Part shown: positions 28,810-39,437 of the stretch, piece after piece
How the letters are laid out: each line of letters starts with the position of its first letter
Position numbering within the stretch: position 1 is the first letter of the stretch
Origin: Candidatus Bathyarchaeia archaeon
GTDB taxonomy: Archaea; Thermoproteota; CALKCG01; B24
Direction of reading: 5' to 3'
Length of the DNA stretch: 64,000 nt
Assembly (NCBI GenBank): GCA_038870975.1
Contig: JAVZJD010000001.1
Coordinates: forward strand, 64,001-128,000
Notes under the pieces: generated by a model
Seen by the model: the letters and a program-made list of their open reading frames with translations, nothing else
Told to the model about the DNA's origin: nothing
Database searches by the model: none
Translations under genes and position numbers: made by a program

Positions 28810-29913
28810 TTATGTTTTAAAGAACCGGCTTTGAAGCCTCTTCAGTGTTTCAACGATGCCTGTATATTCCAGTTCTTCCATGCCGAGTATTGCAGGAGCT
28901 ATCGGTCCATTTCTCCTTATGAATTCAGCCATCTGGAGAGCTGTTCTTCTAGCGTGGTCGAAAGCCACGTCTTCAAATAAATCAGCAGGTCCTACGAGTC
29001 TGCCGCCTGAAAGCTGGAAGCCTAAAGCTACTACTCTAGGCGGTCCGTCGAAGAACGAGCACCTACTGTCCTTTAAGCCTACTGGCATCAGAGGACCGTA
29101 GTGGGAACCCCTCATCCAGCCAGCTACCATGTGCGGTGTGAAGAATGGTGCTAAAGCTTCACCTACTGCTGGAAGCCCATGCTGACATCTCACGATGCAA
29201 ACCGGGTCGTCTTTACCTACGTATCTGCCAGCTATTAGAGAAAGCCTTGTAACACTGGCGACAGCGGCTATAAGCTTGTCGGAATTTCTCCAGACCCTTT
29301 CAATCACATATCTGCCCGTTGTACCAATGAGCGCCAGTAGACTGTAGATTTCACTTGGAGTAGATAGGTCTATACATTCACCTTTCTGAACATCCATAAC
29401 TCTAAATGTGAACCCGTCGTGCATGACAGGGTCTAGTATTAAGCCTGCCGTATTCCAAGGATCTGCGAAAATCTTGTAGAGTATTAGGTTCCAAGCACCT
29501 GGCTCAGTCTTATCAGCGGCAAAAACAACTATCGGCTCACTTCTACGTTCCTCTATCTCCATTTCAGCTACTCCAGGCCCCATGCCTTTGACGTTTCCAG
29601 AAAATGCTTCTGAAAGCAGGTCTTGACCAGCTGCGTAAAGCTTGAGAGGCCTTGAAACCTTTTCAGTAACTTCTTTAAAAGTATCCCATGCTAAACCATG
29701 TATCTTGGGACTATTCTCCCCCTCTCTATGGGTCATTAGAAGTTCAAGGTCGTCTCCAGCGTTGAAGACGTAGTAGTCGATCAGTAGACCTTTTTCTTTA
29801 GCTTCCTGGAGCTTCTTCTTAGCAAGTTCTATTTGCTCTGAGTGGACAATGTGGTGGCCAGCTAAAGAACCAACGTCTGCTTTTATCAGGGATATAGTTA
29901 TTTTGTCGGGCAT
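28810..29913 (-). CDS. fbp: Fructose-1,6-bisphosphate aldolase/phosphatase (class V)
   Basis: IKADVGSLAGHH, GDD, YAAGQDLL, YVGKDDP and GWMRGSH motifs. Confidence 0.97.
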   Translation of the reverse strand: MPDKITISLIKADVGSLAGHHIVHSEQIELAKKKLQEAKEKGLLIDYYVFNAGDDLELLMTHREGENSPKIHGLAWDTFKEVTEKVSRPLKLYAAGQDLLSEAFSGNVKGMGPGVAEMEIEERRSEPIVVFAADKTEPGAWNLILYKIFADPWNTAGLILDPVMHDGFTFRVMDVQKGECIDLSTPSEIYSLLALIGTTGRYVIERVWRNSDKLIAAVASVTRLSLIAGRYVGKDDPVCIVRCQHGLPAVGEALAPFFTPHMVAGWMRGSHYGPLMPVGLKDSRCSFFDGPPRVVALGFQLSGGRLVGPADLFEDVAFDHARRTALQMAEFIRRNGPIAPAILGMEELEYTGIVETLKRLQSRFFKT

Positions 29914-29928
29914 AACTACCCCCTCAAC

Positions 29929-30645
29929 TTAAGGACCCCAAGCTCTCTTAAGTCTTTCGCTTTTAACCCCCTCAAGGTCCAAAACAACAATTCCACCTCT
30001 AGCTGGAAGTGAGACGTTTAAAACATATGTAAACGCCACCCAAGTTTCAAGCCTAGTCGATTTATGTGCATGCCCATGGATCCACACAAGAGGACGCGTC
30101 TCCCTGATAACACTCTCCATCCTCCTACAGCCCATTTCAGGCCAAACGTTTTCATTTTCACCTTCAAGCGTAACATATGTTGGAGCGTAGTGTGTCATTA
30201 CTACGACGTATTCTCCTTTAACCTCTCTAAGCATCCTACTGATCTTTGAAAACCTAGATTCATACCGCCAGTATATGTCTTTGATGTGTGTTCTCTGCCA
30301 AAACGTTGGGCGATCGAGTATGCCTCTTGAACCTATAAAATGAATATTCAAACCTTGAACGTTTACTTTTAGGCTTTCATCGTCCAGCCAAGTTATCTCT
30401 CCAACTTCCCTGTACTTATTTTCATAGCCTTCCCATTCCTCATTACCGAAGCAAGCTAGTAAAGGTGTTTTGGAGAAGACTCTAACGGTTTTTACAAGCT
30501 CAAAAAGCCTTTCATACCCGTTCCTATAGACTAGGTCTCCGGCAAGTAGCATAAGATCTATATTCGTCAGTTTTTGAAGAGACTCTCTGAAAAGTGGAAG
30601 ATACTTAGGCGTATGAACATCTGCAGTTAGAGCAAGCCTAACCAT
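29929..30645 (-). CDS. Calcineurin-like metallophosphoesterase
   Basis: ADVH, AGDLV, GNEE, THYAP and HGHAH motifs. Confidence 0.9.
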   Translation of the reverse strand: MVRLALTADVHTPKYLPLFRESLQKLTNIDLMLLAGDLVYRNGYERLFELVKTVRVFSKTPLLACFGNEEWEGYENKYREVGEITWLDDESLKVNVQGLNIHFIGSRGILDRPTFWQRTHIKDIYWRYESRFSKISRMLREVKGEYVVVMTHYAPTYVTLEGENENVWPEMGCRRMESVIRETRPLVWIHGHAHKSTRLETWVAFTYVLNVSLPARGGIVVLDLEGVKSERLKRAWGP

Positions 30646-30732
30646 ACAACATACACCACTGTATTACGTGTAATTATAATAGTTTTCCTAGGTATTAGAG
30701 TTAAAACTTAAGTATCGACGTAAGCGTCTTCT

Positions 30733-31500
30733 ATGAAGATGGCATCTTTTAAAAGACCTCTAAAACTAGGTTTAACCGCCACATTTACGGCTTTAACGAC
30801 AGTAGCTACCATGGGTTTCACTATATACGTACCAGCTACGAAGGGATACTTCAACCTAGGGGAAGCAATGGTTTACACGACTGCTATTCTACTTGGGCCT
30901 TCCATAGGGGCTGTTGCTGGCGGCTTGGGGTCTATGCTCGCCGATTTAATACTAGGCTACCATATTTACGCTCTAGGAACCCTCATAATAAAAAGCATTG
31001 AGGGGTTTATAGTAGGTCTCCTCGCTCAAAGGCTTAAGTTTAAGGCATCAACATTGAAAGCTATGAGTATAGCGTTGCCAGCTTTTACAGGCTTAACCCT
31101 CGGAATCGTCGGCTCAACTGTATACACTGGTTTCACTGAGGCGTACTTTGGTCCACTTACATTGGTCAAAGGTGAGCTTTCAATGATTGTATGGGCAGTT
31201 TTAGCATGCTTCATATTCATAGTAATGGCTGTATTGTCTCTTAAAGTAGAGCCGAGCTTAACTGTTTACGCAATCTCCATCTTCATCGGAGGCGCGGAAA
31301 TGGTTATAGGCTACTACCTATATGAAAGTCTATTACTAGGCTACTACGCATTAGCGGAAGTTCCAGTAAACATCGGTCAAATGGTCATAGGATTAACCGT
31401 TGCGTTACCACTTATTAAAACCTTGAGTAGAGTAGAAGTTTTTACAAGTTTAAAGCTTTTAGATGGGAAAACGTACGTCAAAACTGATGGTAGTAAGTAG
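30733..31500 (+). CDS. ECF transporter S component
   Basis: PATKGYFNLGEAMV...GGLGSMLADLILGY; multi-TM. Confidence 0.88.
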   Translation: MKMASFKRPLKLGLTATFTALTTVATMGFTIYVPATKGYFNLGEAMVYTTAILLGPSIGAVAGGLGSMLADLILGYHIYALGTLIIKSIEGFIVGLLAQRLKFKASTLKAMSIALPAFTGLTLGIVGSTVYTGFTEAYFGPLTLVKGELSMIVWAVLACFIFIVMAVLSLKVEPSLTVYAISIFIGGAEMVIGYYLYESLLLGYYALAEVPVNIGQMVIGLTVALPLIKTLSRVEVFTSLKLLDGKTYVKTDGSK

Positions 31501-33895
31501 AACCGCCTATATGCTCTGCTTGAACCGGAGGAGGAGTAAATTCAAGCCTTTCTAAACCGTGCATCAATTTTAAATCCTCAGAGAAGACTTCCAACTCTTT
31601 CGGAGCATAAATAGTACCTTTTAATGGGGCACTTAATGGTATTCTAAGTCTCTTTTTAAGCTTCCAGATACTACTGTTGAATTCAACCAATATGGATGTA
31701 AGATTTATCAATTTATCATCAACGGGAGCTTTAGTAGGCATTTTCTCAAAGTGGACCGTTCCACCGTAGAGTTCCCTCCAAAGCACGTCAGTTATAAACG
31801 GACAAATGGGCGCTAGGAGCCTCAATACAGTTTTAAGAGTCGTATGAAGTGTGTACCATGCTGAGTGTTGCGCTTCAAGATCGAAAACTCCATTCTTATT
31901 GTAAGCTCTAGGTTTAACCGCCTCCAAGTAGTGATCTGCGAAAATATGCCATAGGAAGAACCTAATGCCATTACTGGCTTCAAAGAAGTCGAAGTTTTCA
32001 AAGTCTTTTAAACATATTTCCAGAAGTCTATTAACTTCTGCTAGAACCCATTGGTCGAGTGGTTCAAGCTTAACAGGTTTGTCAACCTGTGGAAAACACG
32101 ATATGAACCTCGCCACATTCCAAAGCTTAGTGATGAAAAGCCATGCAGATTTAACCTTATCCTCAGAATACCTATAATCAGACCCTAGCTTGACTTCTGA
32201 AGAAGCCCAGAATCGAAAAGCATCCGCCCCGTACTGTTCAATTACAGGCTCAGGGTCGACGACGTTCCCCTTAGACTTATGCATAGCTTCACCTTTTTCA
32301 TCCAATCCCATTCCAGATATTCTAACCCATGTGAAAGCGGGGCTACCTAACAGCTGATAAACTCTAAGAATAGTATAGTAGAGCCAGGTTCTAATTATTT
32401 CATAGCCTTGCGGTCTGAGAACTAGTTGGAAAACTTTCTTAAACATTTCATCATTTCTACCATACCACGATATATATAGTGGGCTTATGCTTGAGTCGAT
32501 CCACGTGTCGAAAGTCCTCCACTCCCCTTCAAATTCCAAACTGCCGCAGTACTGACATCTTTCAAACGGAGGCTTCTCATTCCAAGGCTTATAGTATTTC
32601 CCCGGTTCCGGTAGATTCGGCTTACCACAATTCTTACAATACCATATTGGTATTTCAGTGGCGTAAAACCTCCTCCTAGAAATGGGCCAATCTATTGAAA
32701 TACTACTCACCCAGTCTAATAGCAGTTGTCTACCTCTTTCAGGGTAGAACTTCATCTTATCTATGATCTTCCTTATGTCGTCTAGGAAATCTAGTTGCTT
32801 TAGGTAATACTCTTTCACATATACGAACTCTATTGGGTCTTTAGAGCGCCAGCAAATCGGCGTTTTATGACGTATCGCTTCCACCCTTTCAATCAAACCC
32901 ATACTACGCAAGTCTTCGATGATCTTATTTCTGGCCTCTTTAACATAGAGACCAGCGTATTTTCCTGCGTTTTCATTCATTTTTCCATCTAAGTTAACGG
33001 CGATAATAGGCTTTAAGCCAAGCTCTCTAAATAATTGAATATCTGCTTTATCACCGTAGGAGCAAACCATTACAAGTCCAGAACCGAATTCCGGTTTAGC
33101 GTAAGGATGTGGTAATATAGGGACTTCTCTCCCATTTATTGGGACTATTGCTGTTTTCCCCTCTAAATGCGTATACCTACTATCTCCAGGATTATAGATG
33201 ACTGCTGAGCAAGTACATAAAAGCTCCGGCCTCGTAGACGCAACGAGTATGGTTTCATCCGACCCCTTAACTCTGAACTTCATATACACGAGTAGTGCAT
33301 TCACTTCCTCGTACTCTACTTCAGCATCAGCTATCGATGTCCTACATGAAGGACACCAGTTTACAGGATATTCAGCTTCATAGATCAATCCCTTATGCCA
33401 GAGTTCGATGAAAGTAGCTTGAGTAAGCTTCCTATATTCTGGACTATCAGTTCGGTAGTAGTTTTCAAAGTCGCAGCTCAGACCTAAACGTTTAGCTATA
33501 TTTATGAGTTGAACTTCAACTTCATCTAAGAACATACGGCAAAGTTCTTCAAACTTCACTCTTTCAATTTCATGGGCTTTTACTCCGTACTTTTTCTCAA
33601 CTTGAACTTCAACTGGAAGACCATTTCTATCTACACCGAAGGGAAATAAAACCTCGTATCCCCTCATCCTAAGACTCCTGGCAACCATATCTATCTGCGC
33701 GTAATGTGCAGCTCCACCTACGTGCCACTTACCCGAGGCATAGGGGGGCGGTGTATCTATGATAACTATGGGTTTGCCAGAATTTGGATTGAAGCGATAA
33801 AGCCCATCTTTCTCCCAAAGCTCTAAAAGCTTAACTTCGTTTTTAGGAGCCCATCTTTTTTCTCCAATCTTTGGCCTGAAGCCTCCACTATGCAT
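31478..33895 (-). CDS. valS: Valyl-tRNA synthetase
   Basis: DTPPPYASGKWHVGG, DWPISRRRFYAT, RPQGYEIIRTW and AMHKS motifs. Confidence 0.95.
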   Translation of the reverse strand: MHSGGFRPKIGEKRWAPKNEVKLLELWEKDGLYRFNPNSGKPIVIIDTPPPYASGKWHVGGAAHYAQIDMVARSLRMRGYEVLFPFGVDRNGLPVEVQVEKKYGVKAHEIERVKFEELCRMFLDEVEVQLINIAKRLGLSCDFENYYRTDSPEYRKLTQATFIELWHKGLIYEAEYPVNWCPSCRTSIADAEVEYEEVNALLVYMKFRVKGSDETILVASTRPELLCTCSAVIYNPGDSRYTHLEGKTAIVPINGREVPILPHPYAKPEFGSGLVMVCSYGDKADIQLFRELGLKPIIAVNLDGKMNENAGKYAGLYVKEARNKIIEDLRSMGLIERVEAIRHKTPICWRSKDPIEFVYVKEYYLKQLDFLDDIRKIIDKMKFYPERGRQLLLDWVSSISIDWPISRRRFYATEIPIWYCKNCGKPNLPEPGKYYKPWNEKPPFERCQYCGSLEFEGEWRTFDTWIDSSISPLYISWYGRNDEMFKKVFQLVLRPQGYEIIRTWLYYTILRVYQLLGSPAFTWVRISGMGLDEKGEAMHKSKGNVVDPEPVIEQYGADAFRFWASSEVKLGSDYRYSEDKVKSAWLFITKLWNVARFISCFPQVDKPVKLEPLDQWVLAEVNRLLEICLKDFENFDFFEASNGIRFFLWHIFADHYLEAVKPRAYNKNGVFDLEAQHSAWYTLHTTLKTVLRLLAPICPFITDVLWRELYGGTVHFEKMPTKAPVDDKLINLTSILVEFNSSIWKLKKRLRIPLSAPLKGTIYAPKELEVFSEDLKLMHGLERLEFTPPPVQAEHIGGSTYYHQF

Positions 33896-33899
33896 TGTC

Positions 33900-36800
33900 T
33901 CACTCTATAATAGGCTTGTCGTATGAAGAAAGCCTACTAATTCCTATTAAGAGTTCTTCACCGTCTAAATTCCAAACTTTACTATACTCCATTCTGGGTA
34001 TCTCACCCAAGGTGAACGTCAGTTTCTTAGCCCTCACCTCACCAGCTATGTACTCTTTTGTTTCCTCTAGAAGACTTTTCGTCTCTTGACTTGAAACTTT
34101 TACATATACTTCTATGTAAGCATCTACTGGAAGATCCATTTCTTTACGCATATACTGAATCCTCCTAACCACGTCTCTACTCAATCCACCAGCTTGGAGG
34201 GCTTTGTCTATTCTAACGTCTAAGTACAACATTCCATTTTTCAACTCAGCGCATGCAAATCCCTCGGTCAACTTCGATTTAATGAAAACATACTCGGGTT
34301 TGACCTCTAAAGACTCTTCTCCGACGTTGAGAATACAACGTCCACTATTCATCAATTCGTCGATTTGAACATGGGACATTCTCCTAATGGCTTCGGCTAC
34401 AACTGGAGCCTTGGACCTGAATTCTCTGCCTATTAAACTCATATTTGGTTCTGCTACTTTAACCCATAGTTTTTCATCTTCACCAGCTCTGAGGAAGACC
34501 AATTCTTTAACATTCAATTGCTCTTTCAGCACATCTATCAAACGTTTAAGCTTACTAGCTAATTCATCTTGAACTCTTAAAAGCGCAGATTTCAAGGGCT
34601 GTCTGAGTTTCAGCCCAACTTCCTGCCTAATCTTAGCTGAGGCTTCAACTACGTCTTTAACAATTTCCATAGCCTCCTCAAGCTCGGGGTTCTTCCAAGA
34701 TTCGTCCGATTGAGGCCATTTACACATGTGTACACTTTCAGGTTGGTTTGGCTCTGCAAATCTAAACATGTATTGGTAGATAGATTCGCATGTAAACGGT
34801 ATTATTGGAGCTGATAGTAGTAAGAACGTCTTCAAAACGTTGTATAAGACGCTGTAAGACGCAAGTTTTTCAGGTGCTTCTTCCTCCACCCATGTCCTAC
34901 GTCTTATCAGTCTGATATACCACCTGCTAACATCTTCAACTATAAAGTCCCTAAGTGTCTTAACGGCGCTATGAAGGTGATAGTTTTCAAAAGCTTCTGT
35001 AACATCTTTTATGAGACGTTGGGTTTTTGATAGAATCCATAAGTCTTCTGGGGACATGAAGTCTTTGACACGTTCAAGACTCCACTTAGATGGATTAAAC
35101 TTGTCGAGGTTCATGTATGTCGATGCAAATACATAGACGTTCCAGAGAATATTCATGAAGGAGAACGTTTCTCCTACACCTTTCCATGAAAACTTTAAGT
35201 CTTCCCATAAAGTGTGCTGGAGTTCGTAAAATCTTAATACGTCTCTACCATATTTTTCTATGACTTCTTCAGGTGCAATGTAATTGCCCCACGATTTATG
35301 CATCTCTCTACCAGTTTCATCAAGTACGAAGCCGTGCATAGCGACGCATTTATATGGTACTGAATTGAACACTAGTGAAGAACATGCTAAAAGTGAGTAG
35401 AACCAACCTCTGGTTTGGTCATGACCTTCGACTATAAAATCTACTGGAAACCACTCTTTAAACTCCCTATCGTCAGACGGATATCCTAGAGATGCCCAGG
35501 AAGCAGACCCAGAATCCATCCAAACATCTATAACATCTAAAACTCTACGCATATTTCCACCACAATCACACTTCAAAACTAACTGATCTACCCATGGTCT
35601 ATGCAGTCTAAGCTCTTCAACACCACAGGCCTCTAGAAGCTCTCTCTTAGATCCGACGACCCTGCGTTTTCCACATTTTTCACATATCCATATGGGCAGT
35701 GGAACTCCCCAGTATCTCTGTCTGGATATGACCCAATCCGATATCTCCATAAGCCAATTTCCAAATCTGCTTTTACCAGCCCACTCTGGAATCCATTTAA
35801 CCTTCTCATTCTCTTCGAGAAGCAGGTCCCTAAGCTTGCTCATACGTATAATCCACTGTTTAGTAGCTCTGAGTAATAATGGGGTTTTACATCTCCAACA
35901 GTGCGGATATCTATGAATAATGGTTCCACTATACAACAGAAGACCTTTCCTCTGGAGGTCTTCTACGATTACTTTATCTGCCTCTTTGATGTACATTCCA
36001 GCGTACTTACCAGCCTCAGATGTAAATCTGCCAGACTGGTCTACAGGTGAGAAGACTGGTAGACCATATCTCAAGCCAACCTCGAAGTCTTCTTCACCGT
36101 GTCCAGGGGCTGAGTGAACCAAACCCGTACCTTCCGTTAGACGTACGAATTCTTCAGACAAGACTACTATGTGAGCTTTCTTAAACTCTTTTTGAAGAGA
36201 CACCTCATCCGCGAGCGGAGGTTTATATTTCAAGCCTTGTAGACTTTTACCATCGAACTCTTCAATCACTTCAAATTCAACTCCGACCTCATCGAAAACT
36301 GGTTTAACCCTCTCTTTGGCGAGAATGTAAACTTCTCTTCCGACTTTCACACGGACATATACGTAATTTGGATGCGCCATAATCGCTACATTGGCTGGGA
36401 GAGTCCATGGTGTAGTCGTCCATATCAGTAAGTATTCTCTATCTCTACCCTCTATAGGAAACTTCACGTATATTGAAGGATCTTCTACATCTCTATACTC
36501 CTGAGATACTTCGTATCCCGCAGCTAGGGCTGTTTCACACCTTGGACACCAGTGTGTGACCCTTAAAACGTTCTCTAGAAGACCGAGTTCTTCAGCTTTT
36601 TTAACTACAAGCCATACCGCTTCTATATATTCATCTCTAATAGTCATGTATGGGTTGTCCCAATCCATCCACACGCCGAGGTTTTTAAACTGCTCTGTAA
36701 GTACCTTTAAATTTTTTAACGCGAAGTTTTCACATTCCTCAACAAAACGGTCGATACCTATACGGTTCTCTATCTCCCTCTTATTTCCAATATTGAGTAA

Positions 36801-37169
36801 ACGTTCAACCATGACCTCTATCGGTAGACCGTGCATGTCGAAGCCTGGTCTATCCCTAACCTTAAACCCCCTCATCCGCCTATAGCGGAGAATACTATCT
36901 TTGATTATCTTATTCCAAGCAGTTCCAAGGTGTATAGAACTCGTCACGTACGGAGGACCATCGAGAAAGTAGAATTTTTCACCTTGCTCGGAAAGCTTCT
37001 TAACCTTCTCGTAGATTTTGTTCTCAGACCACCATCTGAAAACCTCATATTCAATCTTCTTGGGGTCATATGTTTTAGGTAGAAGTCCAACGTGCATGCC
37101 ATCACATCCATTTAAACTCAAGTCGCCAAAGTTCAATTTTGCAATTTTAAAGTTTGATTTTACACTCAC
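33900..37169 (-). CDS. ileS: Isoleucyl-tRNA synthetase
   Basis: DGPPY...HLGT, WTTTPWT, DWVISRQRYWG, EGHDQTRGWF and EMHKS; real start is likely near 37097. Confidence 0.97.
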   Translation of the reverse strand: MSVKSNFKIAKLNFGDLSLNGCDGMHVGLLPKTYDPKKIEYEVFRWWSENKIYEKVKKLSEQGEKFYFLDGPPYVTSSIHLGTAWNKIIKDSILRYRRMRGFKVRDRPGFDMHGLPIEVMVERLLNIGNKREIENRIGIDRFVEECENFALKNLKVLTEQFKNLGVWMDWDNPYMTIRDEYIEAVWLVVKKAEELGLLENVLRVTHWCPRCETALAAGYEVSQEYRDVEDPSIYVKFPIEGRDREYLLIWTTTPWTLPANVAIMAHPNYVYVRVKVGREVYILAKERVKPVFDEVGVEFEVIEEFDGKSLQGLKYKPPLADEVSLQKEFKKAHIVVLSEEFVRLTEGTGLVHSAPGHGEEDFEVGLRYGLPVFSPVDQSGRFTSEAGKYAGMYIKEADKVIVEDLQRKGLLLYSGTIIHRYPHCWRCKTPLLLRATKQWIIRMSKLRDLLLEENEKVKWIPEWAGKSRFGNWLMEISDWVISRQRYWGVPLPIWICEKCGKRRVVGSKRELLEACGVEELRLHRPWVDQLVLKCDCGGNMRRVLDVIDVWMDSGSASWASLGYPSDDREFKEWFPVDFIVEGHDQTRGWFYSLLACSSLVFNSVPYKCVAMHGFVLDETGREMHKSWGNYIAPEEVIEKYGRDVLRFYELQHTLWEDLKFSWKGVGETFSFMNILWNVYVFASTYMNLDKFNPSKWSLERVKDFMSPEDLWILSKTQRLIKDVTEAFENYHLHSAVKTLRDFIVEDVSRWYIRLIRRRTWVEEEAPEKLASYSVLYNVLKTFLLLSAPIIPFTCESIYQYMFRFAEPNQPESVHMCKWPQSDESWKNPELEEAMEIVKDVVEASAKIRQEVGLKLRQPLKSALLRVQDELASKLKRLIDVLKEQLNVKELVFLRAGEDEKLWVKVAEPNMSLIGREFRSKAPVVAEAIRRMSHVQIDELMNSGRCILNVGEESLEVKPEYVFIKSKLTEGFACAELKNGMLYLDVRIDKALQAGGLSRDVVRRIQYMRKEMDLPVDAYIEVYVKVSSQETKSLLEETKEYIAGEVRAKKLTFTLGEIPRMEYSKVWNLDGEELLIGISRLSSYDKPIIE

Positions 37170-37244
37170 CCATAGTCCTCAAGCTCATATTAACCTAGAA
37201 AGTTAGTATTTAAAAGTTACGTAAATTCTCTCAATTGTAGAGAG

Positions 37245-38012
37245 TTGTCTGGTGAAGTATTCCGGGAAAAACCGACTTTAGAGGAAAGCTTGGAAGCATT
37301 TAAGCTTGGAATCAGTGCAAAGAGAATTCTCATAATCGTAGGAGAATGTAAAATCGACTACTTCGGTAGAGGACACTCTGAACTTGACTATGGAGATAGA
37401 GTCGTGATTATTAAAAGCGACGGAGCTCTAATTATCCATCGGCCATCCGGTTTAGAACCTGTGAACTGGCAACCCCCTGGAAGTATGTATAGAGCATATA
37501 TTAAAGGTGGAAGTTTAGTAGTTGAGGCATATAGAAAAACACCTGAAGAAAAAATAAGAGTAACGTTTAGGGGAATAATGCTTCTATCGTCTCTCAACCT
37601 TAGGGATGATGCTTCATTCAAACTTTATACGAGTGAGGAGATAATGAAGAAAGCGTTTATTAAACATCCTGAAATTGTTGAAAAGGGGCTTAGAGTAATA
37701 TCAGAGGAGAAGAGGGTTAGAAGCGGTTTAATAGACTGCCTCTGTGTTGATTTACGCGGCAGAAGCGTCGTGGTTGAATTCAAGAAGGATAAGGCCAGCG
37801 TTGAAGCCGTTGAACAACTTTCAAAATACGTTCAAGAGTTGAAAACGAACAACCTGCAAGTTAGAGGGGTATTAGTAGCACCTTCATTGACAAGAGAAGC
37901 TAGTGATAAGGTTAAGGCTTTAAATTTGGAATTCAAAAGGCTCAGCGTTAAGAAGTGTATTAAGGTCTTAGAGTCTACTGGAGGGGTTAAGATTTCAGAC
38001 TTTATAAGCTAG
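37245..38012 (+). CDS. nucS: Mismatch endonuclease NucS/EndoMS
   Basis: IIKSDGALIIH...PVNWQP, IDCL...VEFK and AVEQLSKY motifs. Confidence 0.93.
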   Translation: MSGEVFREKPTLEESLEAFKLGISAKRILIIVGECKIDYFGRGHSELDYGDRVVIIKSDGALIIHRPSGLEPVNWQPPGSMYRAYIKGGSLVVEAYRKTPEEKIRVTFRGIMLLSSLNLRDDASFKLYTSEEIMKKAFIKHPEIVEKGLRVISEEKRVRSGLIDCLCVDLRGRSVVVEFKKDKASVEAVEQLSKYVQELKTNNLQVRGVLVAPSLTREASDKVKALNLEFKRLSVKKCIKVLESTGGVKISDFIS

Positions 38013-38046
38013 CTTTAAATGTCCGTTTAGAAATTTCAATAATTGA

Positions 38047-38298
38047 ATGACCGTCTTGTTAACTATCGGCTTAACAATAACGCTAATCGGAATCGCTCTT
38101 GTCTTTATAGGATTTCTAATGGAATTTATAAAATCCTTGAAGAAGACAGGTAAAATGAAGACTTGTGGGGCTGTTTTGATAGGACCATTTCCCATAATTT
38201 TTGGGGATAGAGACCTTGTAAAGTATTCGATTGTGCTTCTGATCATAATGTTAATTCTAACAGTGGTTTTAATCATCGTCTCGGGTGCTTTACCATGA
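38047..38298 (+). CDS. DUF131-like small membrane protein
   Basis: GAVLIGPFPIIFG motif between two TM helices. Confidence 0.85.
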   Translation: MTVLLTIGLTITLIGIALVFIGFLMEFIKSLKKTGKMKTCGAVLIGPFPIIFGDRDLVKYSIVLLIIMLILTVVLIIVSGALP

Positions 38299-38720
38299 CT
38301 GTGAAATGTGAAATCTGCGGTATTCACAATGCCAAGTATGTATGTCAAAACTGTGGATTTAGGGTGTGCTCATCGTGTTTCAACCCACGGTTAGAACTCT
38401 GTGTAAAATGTACAGTTAGTAGTTCGTCTGAAGTGAAGTTAGAATATGGCGTAGGTTTTAAGATTATGATCATAGGCTTCGTCTTAGTTTTTCTGGGCAT
38501 ACTCATTACGGTTGCACTAGCCATCCTAAGAGGGATAGGTAATTTGAGTTTCGTTATTCTACTTCTCCCAATACCAGTCGGCGTGGCAGCTGGACCCTAT
38601 GGTGGTGTACTGCTGATCTTCGCTTTAATCATGACGCTCGTCCTTATGATAATCTTAATATTGACCAGTAGGAGACATTTAAGACAATTCTCTCCGAAAG
38701 AGGTTTCAGAGGGTGTTTAA
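38295..38720 (+). CDS. Zinc-finger plus membrane (DUF131-like) protein
   Basis: Four CxxC pairs at the N-terminus followed by TM helices with a PIPVG motif. Confidence 0.75.
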   Translation: MTVKCEICGIHNAKYVCQNCGFRVCSSCFNPRLELCVKCTVSSSSEVKLEYGVGFKIMIIGFVLVFLGILITVALAILRGIGNLSFVILLLPIPVGVAAGPYGGVLLIFALIMTLVLMIILILTSRRHLRQFSPKEVSEGV

Positions 38721-39386
38721 ATGGTTGAAAGGGGTCTTCTTAAAGAATGGTTGACTAAAAGGAGGCGTAATAGAAGCATTGAGCTTGCCTACAAGCAGAT
38801 GAAAGGCTCTGTTGAAACTGTTGCGGAGCTTAGGAGGTGTTTAACTGCTATTATAGAGGGGAATTTTACGGAAGCTGAGAAAAGTATCGGAAGGATTTTT
38901 CTCATGGAGTTGGATGTAGATGAGCTTAGAAGGAAGGTTCTCATCGAACTGGCTAAGGAAGAACCTTCTAAATTCAGAGAAGACTTTGCACGTTTGGTCC
39001 AAGGATTAGATATAATGGCGGATCATGTTAAAGATTCGGCTAGAAGCCTTTTAGTCCTTTTAAGAGGAAAAAAGACTGTTTCTGACGAGATTTGGGTGAG
39101 CTATTTAAATCTTGTGGATAACATTGTCTTATGTACTAGAACCCTTTTAAGAGCGATTGAGGAATTAACTGGCAAAAGCGAAGAAGTCATGCGCTACATA
39201 ATTGAAGTCGATAGGCTTGAAAACGTCATAGATGAGCAATATGTGTCGATTATGGAGAAACTTTTGAAGACTGAGGAAATAGAACCGGGAGTCCTCATGA
39301 TGTTAAAAAGTCTCTTGGAATTTTTAGAGAAAGCTGCCGATATATGTGCTGAGATGGCTGACTACATTAGAGTTCTTCTAGGTTAA
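38721..39386 (+). CDS. DUF47/PhoU-like protein
   Basis: ELDVDELRR...REDF...LDIMAD and LEKAADICAEMAD repeats. Confidence 0.85.
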   Translation: MVERGLLKEWLTKRRRNRSIELAYKQMKGSVETVAELRRCLTAIIEGNFTEAEKSIGRIFLMELDVDELRRKVLIELAKEEPSKFREDFARLVQGLDIMADHVKDSARSLLVLLRGKKTVSDEIWVSYLNLVDNIVLCTRTLLRAIEELTGKSEEVMRYIIEVDRLENVIDEQYVSIMEKLLKTEEIEPGVLMMLKSLLEFLEKAADICAEMADYIRVLLG

Positions 39387-39437
39387 AATTGTGAAAGTTT
39401 ATCAAGAAAATAGTCTATGTGTAAATATTGAGAAGGC

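Noticed and set aside
31478-37169. MHKS instead of KMSKS in ValRS and IleRS
   Set aside because: Variant known in TACK class I synthetases; not novel.
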